A DNA stretch of 64,000 nucleotides from Eledone cirrhosa (GCA_964016885.1 CAXHJY010001376.1:16813-80812), one strand, 5' to 3'; positions 44,339 through 58,263 are shown, counted from the stretch's first letter. Notes: generated by a model not told the origin, from the sequence alone. Numbers and translations: made by a program.

Positions 44339-44430
44339 AGTGTACCTAATAATATTGATGTATCTTTGTGTTTGTATTTTTTTAAACTATATTTTATGTG
44401 TGTGTGTATATATATTCTGTGGAAGCGCAT

Positions 44431-44459
<29 letters not shown>

Positions 44460-44461
<2 letters not shown>

Positions 44462-44661
44462 CAAAGAAAGTGTGGTAAGAAACCAGGTGGACCATACAGC
44501 ACCAGAGTACTCGATACTCAGGGTAGTAGAGTGGGTAATAGGAAAAGAGTCAGGACCCCGACGGCTGAGCTCCGGCCGTTTCGACAGCTAGATCCGAACA
44601 ATTCGGATCTAGCTGTCGAAACGGCCGGAGCTCAGCCGTCGGGGTCCTGACTCGTTTCCCA
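44460..44661 (-). mobile_element. Family E fold-back mini-element
   Basis: Arms around GACAGCTAGATCCGAA-caa-TTCGGATCTAGCTGTC. Confidence 0.85.
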
Positions 44662-44689
44662 TATATATATATATATATAAATATATATA

Positions 44690-44846
44690 TGGGCTTCCAC
44701 AGAATTTCCGTCAACCAAATGTCACATTAGTGAACAGTGAACACAGAGCTATAGTAGAAGACACCTGTCCAAGGTGCCAGACTGTAGGACTGAACCCAGA
44801 ATCCCGTGGTTGTGAAACAAATTCCTTAACCACACAACCATATCTG
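44690..44846 (-). mobile_element. SINE family S3
   Basis: Minus TGGTTGTGTGGTTAAG...GGGTTCAGTCC...CACCTTGGACAGGTGTCTTCTACTATAGC. Confidence 0.7.
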
Positions 44847-45468
44847 TAACTATTAATGCGATTTGATTTAATTCAACTAATAAATAGAATTTCACAGAAA
44901 ATGATACAGATATGTGTGCATGATTATATATATGTGTGTGTGATTATATATATATGTGTGTGCGTGTGTGTGTGTGATTATATGTGTGTGTGTGTGTGAT
45001 TATATATGTGTGTGTGTGTTATTCTGACTGACATCGCCCCCCCCCCCCTTGAATATCCATACGTAAACACGTGTTCTCCATATACAGGTACATACATTCA
45101 CATACACTCACATATACATATTGATATACACATATATACGTTGGCAGAGCACGTAGTTTACCCGCCGAAAAGGCTCACCTCCCAACCACTACCACCAACA
45201 CCACCACCATCACCATCTACACCATCACCATCACCACCACCCTTATCATTCACACCATCACTATCACCACTATCCCCCACCACCACCACTATCCCCCACC
45301 ATCAACACTTTCCCCCACCATCACCACCACCACCACCACCCTTATCATTCACACCATCACTATCACCACTATCCCCCACCATCTCCATTATCCCCCACCA
45401 TTTCCATACAATTGCAGAGCAGAGCACGTGTTCTAGTCCAGCATGATTCCTTTTTCTTTCTTTCTCTA

Positions 45469-45578
<110 letters not shown>

Positions 45579-46403
45579 TCCTTGCTTTGAAATAATGAGA
45601 GGATTAGGGGATGTTAATTCATTAGCATAATACAGCATACACATCCAATGAAATGAGGAAGAGAATATATCGAATGTGTGGGAGTAAAGATATGGTTTGT
45701 GGGGAGATGTAGGGATGAGATGTGTGTGAGTGAGTGTGTGTGTCTGTCTGTCTGTCTGTGAATGTGTGTGTATGTGTGTGTGTGCTTGAATATGTATGTA
45801 TATGTAAAGCCATCTTTTCAACGACACTCCCAAATCAAACGTCTCGGTTTTAATTCTATGACACCATTAAGTTATGTGTCTTAATCTAGGATAGCTCTCA
45901 ATAATGTCTGAATATCTGGTTTCTGGCAGTGATACTTTCTCCAGTGGCCACCTGGTGAAATCAGTGTCAGGACGACAGGTTGAAGGTAACCAGATAACAA
46001 ATACCAGCCCCCCCCCCCCCCAATCTCTCTATCTCTTTCTCTCTGGCGTCCTGGGGACATCAAACTGTCTTCCTACTCACTTCGATTATAATGGAGAGCA
46101 CCATCCAAAAGACTGAGTCCTTCCAGGTAGATTGACCTTTCAGCGTATTAACTCCGACATCATCGAAGATAAAGCATTTGCCATTTTTTCAGCCAGGATC
46201 ATGAAACATTTGCATAACACTGTGATTTCCTTTGCATAACACACAATAAAATAACTCTTTCCTGGCAAATCCAAATCATGTGTTTATTAAACTGTCACAC
46301 CTGAAAACATATCTCCGTTTGCCTCACCTCGATGTTTTGTATTAAGTGGGTGTACCATTCCATCACCACTCACTCTCTGATACCACAAATTCATATCTTC
46401 TCA

Positions 46404-46548
46404 TTACGTCCCTTTACGATCTGAGTTCAAATCCCGCCGAGATTAACTTTGCCTTTCATCCTTACGGGGTCGATAAAATAAAGTACCAGTAATGCACTGA
46501 GGTAATTGCTGGCCTTGTGCCAAAAGTAGAAACAATTATTATTATTAT
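46404..46548 (+). mobile_element. SINE family S1, 5'-truncated
   Basis: Homology to 965-1150. Confidence 0.88.
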
Positions 46549-47280
46549 CGGAAACTAGAATGTCTCCAAGCCCTCACTACCCTTTGCCAATCGGACATTA
46601 CGGTTGGTAGAAACTCTACCTTGGCTTTCTATAGAGGGTTAGTGGAGGACAAGAGCGACGACATTCTTGGGGGAAATTCTGGGTGTCGACGAAAGCCAAC
46701 TATCTATTATCTTCCGGAGGACTTTCGGCCCAGGGCCAATGGATAGGTTTCAGAAATCCCTGGCCTGGCAATGCAACCAGGAAGGGTTGTGAGTTCGAGA
46801 TAAATGTTACAGGCATGTCCGAGATGCGCGCGGGTTGAAGACCGTCCTGCACGCACTTGTCCAGTGTCCGAGTATCACTGATTTGTGGGTTTATGCCGAA
46901 CATCTGCTCTCGCGTGTAGGATGGTTCCAGCTATCAGCTGAGTTCATCATGAAGATTTCCCTGCCGCACTCATTTAACCTACTGGGCATGGTGAAAAAGG
47001 TCGTATGGTGGAAGCGTCTGAAAGGGTTGAAGACGGGCACTTTCCTCTTTGGTGATGCTCTCATTAACTTTTTCAGGTTTCACCTGAAAAGGAAAATCAG
47101 GATAGAGAGGGAAGTGCTGCTTTCCAGCCAGTTTTTTGAAAAGTGGATGAGCGTGTGTCTGTAGTATTGAAGTAGAACAATTGGGAGAAGGCACTTGCCC
47201 TTGCGGTCAGGGTGACCGTGGTTTTTGAGGGCTTTCTCCACGAGTAACCCTTGGAGTCTCCTCACCCTTGGGGAATTTGT
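46549..47280 (+). pseudogene. Tx1/L1-clade ORF2 C-terminal fragment (CCHC zinc knuckle)
   Basis: Frameshifted CPRCARVE-TVLHALVQCPSITDLW; upstream FQKSLAWQC. Confidence 0.75.
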
Positions 47281-47391
47281 TATGTTTTTTTAAATATTTA
47301 TTGTCTTAATCTGTTATGAATTTTATTTAAACATACATTTATTTCCATATGAATGAAGCAGTTCTAGCACAGTAGAAGGCATTTCTGTATA

Positions 47392-47422
<31 letters not shown>

Positions 47423-47438
47423 CATATATAGATATATA

Positions 47439-47619
47439 TGAAAATGTTCAAGACCCCGACGGCAGAGCTGAAGCCGTTTCGACGGCTATTTCTCTGAAAT
47501 AGCCGTCGAAACGCCTTGAGCTCTGCCGTCGGGGTCTTGAACATTTTCCTATTACCCACTCTACTACTCTAAGTATTGGCGCGTTATGGTCCACCTGGTT
47601 CCTTACCACACTCCCTTCG

Positions 47620-47622
<3 letters not shown>
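47439..47622 (+). mobile_element. Family E fold-back mini-element
   Basis: Arms around GACGGCTATTTC-tct-GAAATAGCCGTC. Confidence 0.85.
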
Positions 47623-47658
<36 letters not shown>

Positions 47659-48688
47659 GTTATGTAATAGAATGCCTGAAAGGGTTAGATTGTGTAAATG
47701 GGACGTAACTTTCTTCCTTTCCTTTCTTGTCTTTCATAGAAGTGCATAATTCCCGCCATCCACCTCTACCGTATTGTTCACACATGTGGCTATCACCAAC
47801 CCAACTCCTCATATACACTATTCTATCGCTGCTACACACACACACACCAACCTGTCTCCCCAATAAAACAGGTTTTCTCTCTTCTTTTGTCCTTCCTTTT
47901 CCATGGGACGACTACGGTCAATGGTTTGTTTTTTGGTTAAAAAATTTGAATGGATTTTTCAAATGATCAAGGACGAATGACTCACAGTGGATTACTGCTG
48001 CCAAACTGTCGCCCTAACCCCTATAACTATCATCATTCTTTTCCACCACCTACCTGTATTTTTTTCTCTCCTTCACCTTCTCTCTCTCTCTCTCTCTGTA
48101 TATATATATATCCCCCCTCTCTCTGCATATATATATATATCCCCCCCTCTCTCTCCTGTTACTTCTCATTGTCATCTAAAAGCTTTGTTCACACTTATTT
48201 CTCTGTCAATATCGAAATAAAAAATTAAAAAACTTAGCACAACCTGCAGCCAGTTGTACAATAGTCACAGCTGTCAGGGTGTGGCCTGGCATTTGGAACA
48301 GAGGATAGTGGTAGTAGTGGTGTTAGTGGTGGGGATAGTAATGTGGTGGTAATGGTGTTGGTGGTGGTGGGGATAGTAATGTGGTGGTGGGGATAGTAAT
48401 GTGGTGGTAATGGTGTTGGTGGTGGTGGGGATAGTAATGTGGTGGTGGGGATAGTAATGTGGTGTTGGTGGTAGTGGAGGTGGTGGTTACAAAGAATTGA
48501 GCATTTTGGTAATGGAGATAGGGTGTTGGTGGGGGAGGGGCATTGCAAATTGCTTTAAATTTCGGGTGTCTCATGGTTTCACAATCAACATCCTTCACTC
48601 CAGATTTATCCCTTCCCCGACACATCCTCAGTACATGAACACACACACCTGCTCCACCCGAGGTGTGAAGTGTTTCACTGATGTAATC

Positions 48689-48723
<35 letters not shown>

Positions 48724-48889
48724 TCACTTTTACCTACACACAGGTGTTGTCAGTAATAGCGAGTCAGTGGATGCGACGGCTATAACTTCATTCATTACAA
48801 AACCCTCAACCCCTTCCCCCCCTCTCTCTCTCTCCCTCTCCCCTATGCATATATATATCTCCCTAATATATATATATATATATATTAGG

Positions 48890-49035
48890 GAGATAGTGTG
48901 ATTAGATAGTTTGTTTCGCAGCCACGTGGTCCTGGATTTAGTTTAGCTGAGCGACACTTTGGGCAAATGTCTGCTGTTATATGCTTGGGCTGATCAATTC
49001 CTACTGAAAGAAATTTGGTAAACGGAAACTACTGA
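48890..49035 (+). mobile_element. SINE family S3 (decayed)
   Basis: GACACTTTGGGCAAATGTCT...AATTTGGTAAACGGAAACT. Confidence 0.55.
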
Positions 49036-49107
49036 GCTTTCCTCATCACCGTCTTATATATGTATATATATGTATATATATGTATATATATATATATATA
49101 AATATAT

Positions 49108-49193
49108 ACCACCAGTTTCAAGACGAAGACGTGTCTAAATCATCAGATTAATTTGGGGAAACACACACACACTCACATATGTATATGTGTGTG

Positions 49194-49226
<33 letters not shown>

Positions 49227-49365
49227 TTCCCCAAATGAATCTGATGATTTAGACACGTCTTCGTCTTGAAACTGCTGGTAGTCTAGAATTAAGTCAAACT
49301 GTTAATATATACACTCAACTTCCACACGGTGTGTTGATTGTTCTCGTCTTTCGTTTCTACATGGG
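49108..49365 (+). mobile_element. Fold-back mini-element, family N, with hammerhead-like core 49236-49290
   Basis: 49108-49170 is the reverse complement of 49218-49280; CTGATGA..AGAC/GTCT..GAAA-CTGC-tg-GTAG-TC. Confidence 0.65.
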
Positions 49366-49994
49366 ATTATGTGCATACATACATAAAAACATACATACAA
49401 CAGCATGTACACATGTACAGATACGAAACATATGCACACATATAACTAAAAACATACACATCTACACATACAATAACATCCATACCTGCTCATACACATA
49501 CGTACGCATGCAGACATGCGTACACATCTAGCAAGTTGGTGTTGTCCAATGAAAGAGTCTTGTTTCTATGTCAGAAACCGACTCTCTCTCATGGTAAACA
49601 TTTATAAAATTATGAAACCAGAAGACCATACACACATACATAAAACATGATGGCTGCCCCCTCGTTATCGAGTATGGCCATTGCACGAGAAAAAAAAATA
49701 ATAACAATAATAATAATAATAATAACAACAATAATAATAACGACAACAACAATAATAATAACATATATATATATATACACACACACGCACACACATAAAC
49801 ATATCTATACACACACACACACGATAGCAATTAACAGCGCTGCGATCGAATGTGACTTTTTTAGCCCAGCCAATGATTTAAAATAAAACATACAAAAAAC
49901 ATACATACGTACATACATACGTACATACATACATACATACACACGTACATACGTACACACGTACGTACATACGTATATACATACGTACGTATAT

Positions 49995-50581
49995 ACATGG
50001 TGGCTGCCAACTCGTTTTCGAGTACGGCCACTACTTTACATCCATGTAGGATAACCCCTACCGAAGCGCTGAACGAGTGTGACTTTTTAGTCCAGCCAGC
50101 GACTTGAAACCTCTGGTACAAACACTACACCTGTGACAATCATTGACACATAGTGCTAGGCCCATGGTAGGACAATTATTGACACATAGTGCTGGGCCCA
50201 TGTGAGGACAAGTGCAGAGAGATCTCCAGATATAAAGCAATGCCTGTGCCGTGAAGCTTTTATAGTGAGCAAAGGCACTGCACAAAGCCAGTCCCACTCT
50301 CTTAACCAAGATGCTATTTACCAAAAAGAAGAACAAGTCAACATCATTGGATACCATCAGGGTTGCAGGTGTTATATCAGAGTTTTCCTTCTCCTAGAAT
50401 TCTGCCTTGACTAAGGCTAAAGGGGTCATCTCTCCCGGTGATTTTGGATGGCCATTGACTCTTAAGAGCTCCTTTGCCCTTTGACAGGTTTTGTTTTTAG
50501 TCCTGCAGGATGTCCAAAGTCACCCTCCTCACCAAGAAACCTTGGTGGGGTTGCCAGTTTAGTCGCCAACGACCCGACCAT
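49995..50581 (-). mobile_element. Short non-autonomous RTE-derived element
   Basis: RTE-type 5' motif CTAGGAGAAGGAAAACTCTGA, C-terminal C2H2-like remnant CSVCTRGFKSLAGLKSHTR, (ATGT/ACGT)n tail; second copy at 56566-56979. Confidence 0.72.
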
Positions 50582-50834
50582 ATATACATACGTACGTACA
50601 TACGTACGTACATACATACATACGTAGATACATACATACGTACATACATACATAGATGATGGCTGCCCCCTCGTTATCGAGTATGGCCATTGCACGAGGA
50701 GAAAGAAAAAAAAAATAATAATAATAATAAATAAATAAAAAGAAAAAAAAAAAATATATATATATATACATATACATACATATATACACACATACTCACA
50801 CACACACATATACACACACACATACATTAATAAC

Positions 50835-50866
<32 letters not shown>

Positions 50867-50939
50867 CAATAATAATATACATATACACACACACGCACAA
50901 ACATAAGGTATAAGATACCACAAACATGTGGTATAAGAT

Positions 50940-51392
50940 TATCCCTATAATCTTATACCACACCATTGTGAAGAAATACCAACTTTATTTCCGTCAAACT
51001 TCTCCCTATAATCTTATACCACACCATTGTCAAGCAATACCGTCTCTATTTCCGTCAAACTTCTCCCTTTAATCTTATACCACACCATTGTGAAGAAATA
51101 CCAACTTTATTTCCGTCAAACTTCTCCCTATAATCTTATACCACACCATTGTGAAGAAATACCAACTTTATTTCCGTCAAACTTCTCCCTATAATCTTAT
51201 ACCACACCATTGTCAAGAAATACCGTCTCTATTTCCGTCAAACTTCTCCCTATAATCTTATACCACACCATTGTCAAGAAATACCGTCTCTATTTCCGTC
51301 AAACTGCTCCCTATAATCTTATACCACACCATTGTCAAGAAATACCAATTTGTGAAGAAATACCAACTCTATTTTCACCAAACTTCTCCCTA
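50940..51392. repeat. 61-bp minisatellite, ~7 copies
   Basis: CTCCCTATAATCTTATACCACACCATTGT(G/C)AAGAAATACC...TTTCCGTCAAACTT. Confidence 0.95.
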
Positions 51393-51634
51393 CTACCTTA
51401 CAAATAGAAATTAATAATAAAAAAGAACATTAAATAATTTAGTTCTAAAATCATGAAACTATAAATTTAGACAGGGTGTCACAGCTGGGACATTTATTGA
51501 ATGATAAATATCGACACAGAATAAACGGTTTGCATACGTTTCTGTGTCAAATATAGTAAGACACACATACACACACAGAGACACACATACAGATACGGAA
51601 CAATACGTCTTGCATACGTTAGTGTGTTGAATAT

Positions 51635-51736
51635 AATAATTGTTTCTACTTTAGGCACAAGGCCAGCAATTACCCAGTGCATTACTGGTACTTTATTTTA
51701 TCGACCTCGTAAGGATGAAAGGCAAAGTCAACCTCG
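51635..51736 (-). mobile_element. SINE family S1, 3' half
   Basis: Homology to 965-1150. Confidence 0.85.
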
Positions 51737-51872
51737 AATAATGTTTTATTTTCATATGAAGGTGTGTCTGTGTGTATTGAGTGAATATCTAGAGAAAGTG
51801 TGACACAAATTATGTGTATGTAAGTTTTTATTCTTAATAATGCATACACGCAAATACACTCACACAGATACT

Positions 51873-51909
<37 letters not shown>

Positions 51910-52003
51910 AGACACACACACAGACACACACACAGACACAGACTCAGACACACGCAGACACAGAGACACAGATAAACACTGACTCTGAATCACAGGTATA
52001 CAG

Positions 52004-52069
<66 letters not shown>

Positions 52070-52249
52070 TCAGACACAGACACGCAGACACAGATAAACA
52101 CAGACTCTGAATCACAGGTATACAGTCACAGACGCACATTTAGGGTGGTTTCTTTCACTGGGTACTGGCCTGATATAATCATTGTTAACTCTCATTTTAT
52201 CAAAGTGTTTTCTTTAAAGAGTTAAAGTACATCACTTTCATTTACAAAA

Positions 52250-52428
52250 TTGGCAGTATCGGTAGAGGGTCGGACGCCATGCTTTCCAGCATAGTTACGT
52301 CCCTTTACGGTCTGAGTTCAAATCCCGCCGAGGTTAACTTTGCCTTTCATCCTTACGGGGTCGATAAAATAAAGTACCAGTAATGCACTGGGTAATTGCT
52401 GGCCTTGTGCCAAAAGTAGAAACAATTA
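52250..52428 (+). mobile_element. SINE family S1
   Basis: Near-consensus copy. Confidence 0.9.
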
Positions 52429-52444
52429 ATTAAGGCTAATAATT

Positions 52445-52800
52445 AATCGGAAGGGTCTTTGGAGTAACATTACTCGATAGGGTGCGTAGCTCTGAGATCA
52501 GAGAGTCACTCCAGGTAGAGCTGCTATTTCTCCGAATTGAGAGATCACAGCCTTGATACTATGGGCATGTGGTTAGAATGTCCCAGGAAAAAAATCGCTA
52601 GACAGATTTTGCTTGCAAAACCAGCCGGCAGGAGACCCTTGACAAGATGGCTGGATAATATCCTTGAGCTTGCTGGTCTCGCTTGGGGATCCAGACGGAT
52701 CGGTTGGAGACAGTTGCTTCTGACAGGACCCGTTGGAAGGAGTGTTTGAGGTCTCAGTCCCCTTCCCACCACCCTCTCAAGAAGAAGAAGAAGAAGAAGA
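52445..52800 (+). pseudogene. RTE-clade (Rex3/Expander-like) LINE 3' fragment
   Basis: RVFGVTLLDRVRSSEIRESLQVELLFLRIERSQP*YYGHVVRM...GRRPLTRWLDNI; (AAG)n tail. Confidence 0.8.
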
Positions 52801-52983
52801 ATTAATCTGTTACGTTAACAACAAAAACTAACGATATATATTTCAAGCAGTTTTATATAGCGCACGACAGACTTTATTATTTTGAATGAAAACACATATA
52901 TGACTTGAAGTGAATCAAAAGTGCTTACAGCTTATCTCTCATGTACTTTACTTCTTTAGTCTGTTTTAGTTATCACAGCCAAA

Positions 52984-53192
52984 AGGCCGTATCAGTAGAG
53001 CTTCGGGCACCATGCTTTGCGACCTAATGTTACGGCCCTTGACGATCTGAATTCAAATTTCGCCGAAGTTAGCTTTGCCTTCCATCCTTACGGAGTCGAT
53101 AACTAAAGAACCAGTAGCGTACTGGGGTCGATTTAATCGACTTTCCCCTCCCCCAAATTCGTCCACCTTGTGTCTAAATCAGAAACCGTTGT
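52984..53192 (+). mobile_element. S1-related SINE, older subfamily
   Basis: Homology to 21285-21480. Confidence 0.7.
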
Positions 53193-53272
53193 TACAGCCA
53201 AGGTCACCCTAAAGCACCACTATCAGATATATCGTACGTTTGCATCCACACGAAATTTATATATATATATAT

Positions 53273-53464
53273 AACGAAGGAAGTGTGGTAAGGAACCAGA
53301 TGGACCATAACGCACCAGAGTACTCAATACTTAGGGTAGTAGAGTGGGTAATAGGGAAAAGTTTAACCCCGACGGCAGAGCTCAAGCCGTTTCGACGGCT
53401 ATTTCAGGTCCAAAAATAGCCATCGAAACGGCTTCAGCTTTGCCGTCGGGGTTAAACTTTTTCC

Positions 53465-53465
<1 letters not shown>
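53273..53465 (-). mobile_element. Family E fold-back mini-element
   Basis: Arms around GACGGCTATTT-caggtccaa-AAATAGCCATC. Confidence 0.85.
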
Positions 53466-53495
<30 letters not shown>

Positions 53496-54095
53496 ATATT
53501 ATATATATACTCTCTGTTCCCAAATGATAGGGGCGGGGGTGAATAAGTAGGTGTGTGGAAAATTGGTAATTTTTCTAGGTTGATTTTTTAAAAAACTAGA
53601 ATTAGTTGTTTAGTTTACATATTGAGACCCTAACCCATTCTATTTATTTTATAACGTATGAGAATTCTTGTAATGTACTTTTTTGTCATGTGTAATATTT
53701 TTTAATATATTAAGAAAATTAATTGTCGCAGGAATGCTACCACTTAAAATAAAAATTTCACCGGTGATAGATTAGCAAAATTTAATAAGCAGACGAGGAA
53801 GGAGCGGTTCTGGAATAGGAGCGTAGGGGCGGTTATTCGAGACCCGAGAGTAAACGTTTATTCTTCGTTCAGTCTCAGATTAGAATTTATTGTAACTATA
53901 AGAAAACTGAATGATAAAATCTGTTTTTGTGTTAAAGTTTGTTAGTTTAATTTTGTTTCGTTTCAAAAGCGATCCTATATCAATAGTAAATATATACTAA
54001 CTACGTGGAGTTCTTAATTCTGTTTACAACTAAGTTTATTGTTTAATGATTGAAATGCTGCAAATACAACACTTAGAAATAAACATTTTTGTTTG

Positions 54096-54150
<55 letters not shown>

Positions 54151-54157
<7 letters not shown>

Positions 54158-54324
54158 ATACTTGGGGAGGGTCATATTTGTGTAATATTGCCAGAATTAA
54201 TAACAGAACACACTCACTGTGAGTGTGTTCTGTTATTAATTCTGGCAATATTACACAAATATAACCCTCCCCAAGTATAACAATATTTGTTTCGACACAC
54301 GATTTCATATAAAAAACCTCGCAA

Positions 54325-54327
<3 letters not shown>
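54151..54327 (+). mobile_element. Family F mini fold-back (pLTR end plus tail)
   Basis: 54151-54217 is the reverse complement of 54220-54284; tail ends CCTCGCAAAAC; (TA)n flanks. Confidence 0.88.
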
Positions 54328-54416
<89 letters not shown>

Positions 54417-54815
54417 AGAGAGAGAGAGCGGGGTTATATATCTGTAGATAAATTGATAGATTTCTCGCCTCCAGTTAACTAAGAAGATCCGTGCCACATC
54501 ATTAAAATAGGTTGTTTTAAAATATAAATTTCGACAAACATATTTATTTCTATCTGAAGCTGCCATGTTTATTAGTGTCTCCGTTATTGAGTGTTATCTG
54601 TCGGCTGCTGACCCTCCCAGCACACCGGAAGTCAGTGATATCACTGGAGAGACATTTTATCTCACAAAGTCACTCACTTCATTGGCCCCTAAATTTCTCT
54701 TCCGTATATCAGCCTCTATCTTTTCCAGCATCCATATTCAATTATAACAGACTAATCTCAATTATTATACGTACACATATATACATACATATATAAACAT
54801 TCTGTGTTTATATGG

Positions 54816-54874
<59 letters not shown>

Positions 54875-55783
54875 ACATGGAAATATAACTGGAAATATAT
54901 GTACATTTTAACACTGTACGTGCTTGGGTGTAATTTCAAGTACTGGTTACGCTGTAAACTCTAGTATTTTGTCATTAAGTATTGATACACTTTAACCCAT
55001 TCGTGACCACACTATAATCAAAGACGCTGTCTATGATTTTCAAGTAATTTTAGAAATCATGAACTAAATATGACGAAATGTCTCCTTATTAAGCTAGTCT
55101 CTGTAGCATTTCTTACCAAAGATTATAACATAACATTATGGTAGGAGGTTCTTTTTTTTTACATAAATATGAAGATTATAAAACAAACATTGAACCAGGA
55201 GTGATTTCAGGTATTTTAGTATGGAAAGGGTTATTCTTAGGGAGAACTAATTTGATTCATTTCAAACAGACTATTTAAATACCATCCTTGGTATATCTAT
55301 CAAGAACGGTTATATTATTTCAAGAAATTTTTTCTATGACAACTTCTTATCCTTTTATTGTTAGAGTAAGAGAGCTCATACATACAGTTTTGAATTGAAA
55401 GACATTTTAAAAGAAATTCTTTTTCTCCTAACAAACTTTGATATATGAACACCCCCACTCCAACCCCTAAACCAAATATTGACCATATAAAAACCAATGA
55501 CAAATATATTTCATCATTTTACTTTTCAATTCCCTATCATTCTTTCCTTTCTATAATTTTATTTCTCTCACTTTACTTTCGCTTCACAACTCAAATCTGT
55601 CGTTCTCTCTCTCTCGCCCTCTTTCTTTCTTTCTTTTTTACTTTCTTTCTTTCTCCCTTCCTTTATATAGATCGATAGATGTATAGATATATATATTCAT
55701 GGTTGACTGAATAAACACGTTTTCTCTGTTCCTTCCTCTTCCCACTCTTTATCTTTCTATTTCAACTTTTATTTCTCATTCTA

Positions 55784-55819
55784 TCTTCTGGTGAAGAGAT
55801 TGCTTCCGAAACGTCAAGA
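55784..55819 (+). ncRNA. Decayed minimal hammerhead, family M
   Basis: TCTT-CTGGTGA-AGAGATTGCTTCC-GAAA-CG-TC-AAGA. Confidence 0.5.
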
Positions 55820-55847
55820 CGCTTTTTCTACTATATCAAGCGTTAAA

Positions 55848-56190
55848 CTATGCACCGACACTTTCTGCAGCCGCAACCGAGTGCAGTCTGCGACTGACCC
55901 AGGTTCTGCTGCACGTCGGGCTGATGGGGCCAAACTCCTCAAATACCGGTCGCTCTCCGACAGGTTTGCGGTCGTTCCCCTGGCAGTGGAAACTTCTGGT
56001 GTCCTCGGCCCCACGGCTACCTCCTTACTCACCACCATAGGCGCTGAGCTGGCCAGTCGTAGGTGTGAGCCCCGCGAGTTGGAGTGGCTTTTCCAGCGCG
56101 TCTCCCTTGCCGTCCTCCGAGGAAACGCCTTCTCCATTCTGTCTTCCGGGGCTGTGGATGGGCCCCATCGCGTACCATTACATTAGTTAA
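55848..56190 (+). pseudogene. CRE-like (restriction-like endonuclease) non-LTR retrotransposon C-terminal fragment
   Basis: DTF..GSAARRADGAKLLKY..VPLAVETSGVLG..LFQRVSLAVLRGNAFSIL; GC-rich insert. Confidence 0.78.
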
Positions 56191-56273
56191 ATACCATTCT
56201 TTCATCCAAGTAGAGTTAAACTATTACATTTTCATTGTATAGTATCGTTTAATTTTTTCTGTTTATTTTTTGC

Positions 56274-56349
<76 letters not shown>

Positions 56350-56565
56350 GTTGACAACTGTTTCGTGATTATAGCCATTTTCTCATTGAAAACAGCGACC
56401 TTACCCTTTCTTTGATATCTAACTCGAACAATTTCAAACAATGACTATTATTGCATCAATAGCCAACCAGGGAATGCTGGCTATAGAAAGTGTATCATCA
56501 ATGGTGATGCCCCAGCATGGCCTCAGCCTATTGGCTGGAAGACGTAATAGAGTAATATATATATA

Positions 56566-56979
56566 TGGTGGCTGCCAAACTCGTTTTCGAGTACGGCCAC
56601 TACTTTATATCCATGTAGGAGAACCCCTACCGATGCGCTGAACGAGTGTGACTTTTTAGTTCAGCCAGCGACTTGCAAACTCTGGTACAAACACTACACT
56701 TGTGACAATTATTGACACATAGTGCTGGGCCCACGGTACCATGTGACGACAAGTGCAGAGAGATCTGCAGATATAAAGCAATGCCTGTGCGATGAAGCTT
56801 TTATAGTGAGCAAAAGCACTGCACAAAGCCAGTCCCACTCTCTTAACCGAGATGTTATTTACCAAAAAGAAGAACAAGTCAACATCATTGGATACCATCA
56901 GAGTTGCAGGTGTTATATCAGAGTTTTCCTTCTCCTAGAATTCTGCCTTGACAAAGGCTAAGGGGTCATCTCTCCCGGA
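56566..56979 (-). mobile_element. Short RTE-derived element, 5'-truncated
   Basis: High similarity to 49995-50440. Confidence 0.8.
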
Positions 56980-57129
56980 GTATATACATACACACACACT
57001 CCAGCATCATCTCGCATGTACAATAAACATATCTGCCAATCTATATATCTCACACTACAATAATGTACACCTTTACTTTTTTATTCCAACCTGAATTCTG
57101 TCGACTCAGTATTGGTGTTCCAATAGAAC

Positions 57130-57262
57130 GTCAGATAGAAAGCTTTGTGGTATTCGTTCTGGTTCTCTGCGGTCTGAGTTCAAATCCCGCCAAGGCTAAT
57201 TTTACCTTTCATCCTTTCGAGGTCAATAAAAAAGAGTACCAGTCTAGTACTGGGGTCGATTC
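57130..57262 (+). mobile_element. S1-related SINE
   Basis: GAGTTCAAATCCCGCC..TTTCATCCTTTCGAGGTCAATAAA. Confidence 0.7.
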
Positions 57263-58263
57263 CTCCTCTATATCTCTTTCTGACATCCATTCTCTCACTT
57301 CTTTTCTCCTTCTCTGGAAGCAGTTGGATATGTTCAGGCCTAGAGAGAGAGAGAGATGGGCTCCGTCAGGTTTTAAAATACCCGTTTCTAAGACTCCACC
57401 AGGAGTTGTTAGTAAAAAAAGATTTTCCCAAAATGTTATTATTATTTTTTCTTCTGTTTTAAGTGTTAGATGGAAGAGAACGGATAGAGCCAAGATTTTA
57501 TTTTTCAGAACCTCCGAGGCTATTGGGAGGGATATAGAACAAATGTTATTCTCAGATCAGAAGAGTCCACTCATATCCTCCATGGGAGTCATGAGTTAAG
57601 TTTACCACTCATATTGGTCAATAAGTTTTCTTTCTTATATAATATACATTATATGTTATATACAACTAACTAACTGTATGTGGTCTGAGCTTCTAGGAAC
57701 CTAATGGTTTAGTTTCTGGTTCCTTACAAGACATATCAACAAAATACAGCAAACCTCCCAATATTTCCTCACATCCAACAGCTTTTCCGGTGTATTTCGT
57801 TTTGTATATTTTATAAGTTCCGGTCCATTGCTTAACCATTTCGACCCCACCTCACCCAATCTCTACCCCTTCTAACAGCTGAAAATAAAGTTAAATAAAA
57901 AGATTGAAGATAAAGCGGAAAAGAGAGAAGATTGTACGATAAAAATCGTGGATCCTTATACATTCGAGATAGCAATAAGCCGTGTGTTAAAGAATTGATA
58001 AATATAGAGAGTAGACCGGAGAAGTGTTTGGTCGTTGGTGAGGAAGCTGAGACTTGTGAACGTCCGACGAAGGAAAGCAAACATAAAATAACAAAATAAC
58101 AAAATAAACCATATATGAAATAAACAGAGAGAAAGTGTAGAGTGTAGATTAGTGATGGGGGGTGGGGGGTGGGGGGAGGTGTTGCAATGTGTAGAATGGT
58201 TTCATGCATGTGTTTATGGTGACGTCAGTGTATGCATTGGCTGTCGATGCACATGTATGTCGA

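Noticed and set aside
57063-57599. 178-aa ORF as a host exon
   Set aside because: It runs through a SINE and shows no recognisable domain.
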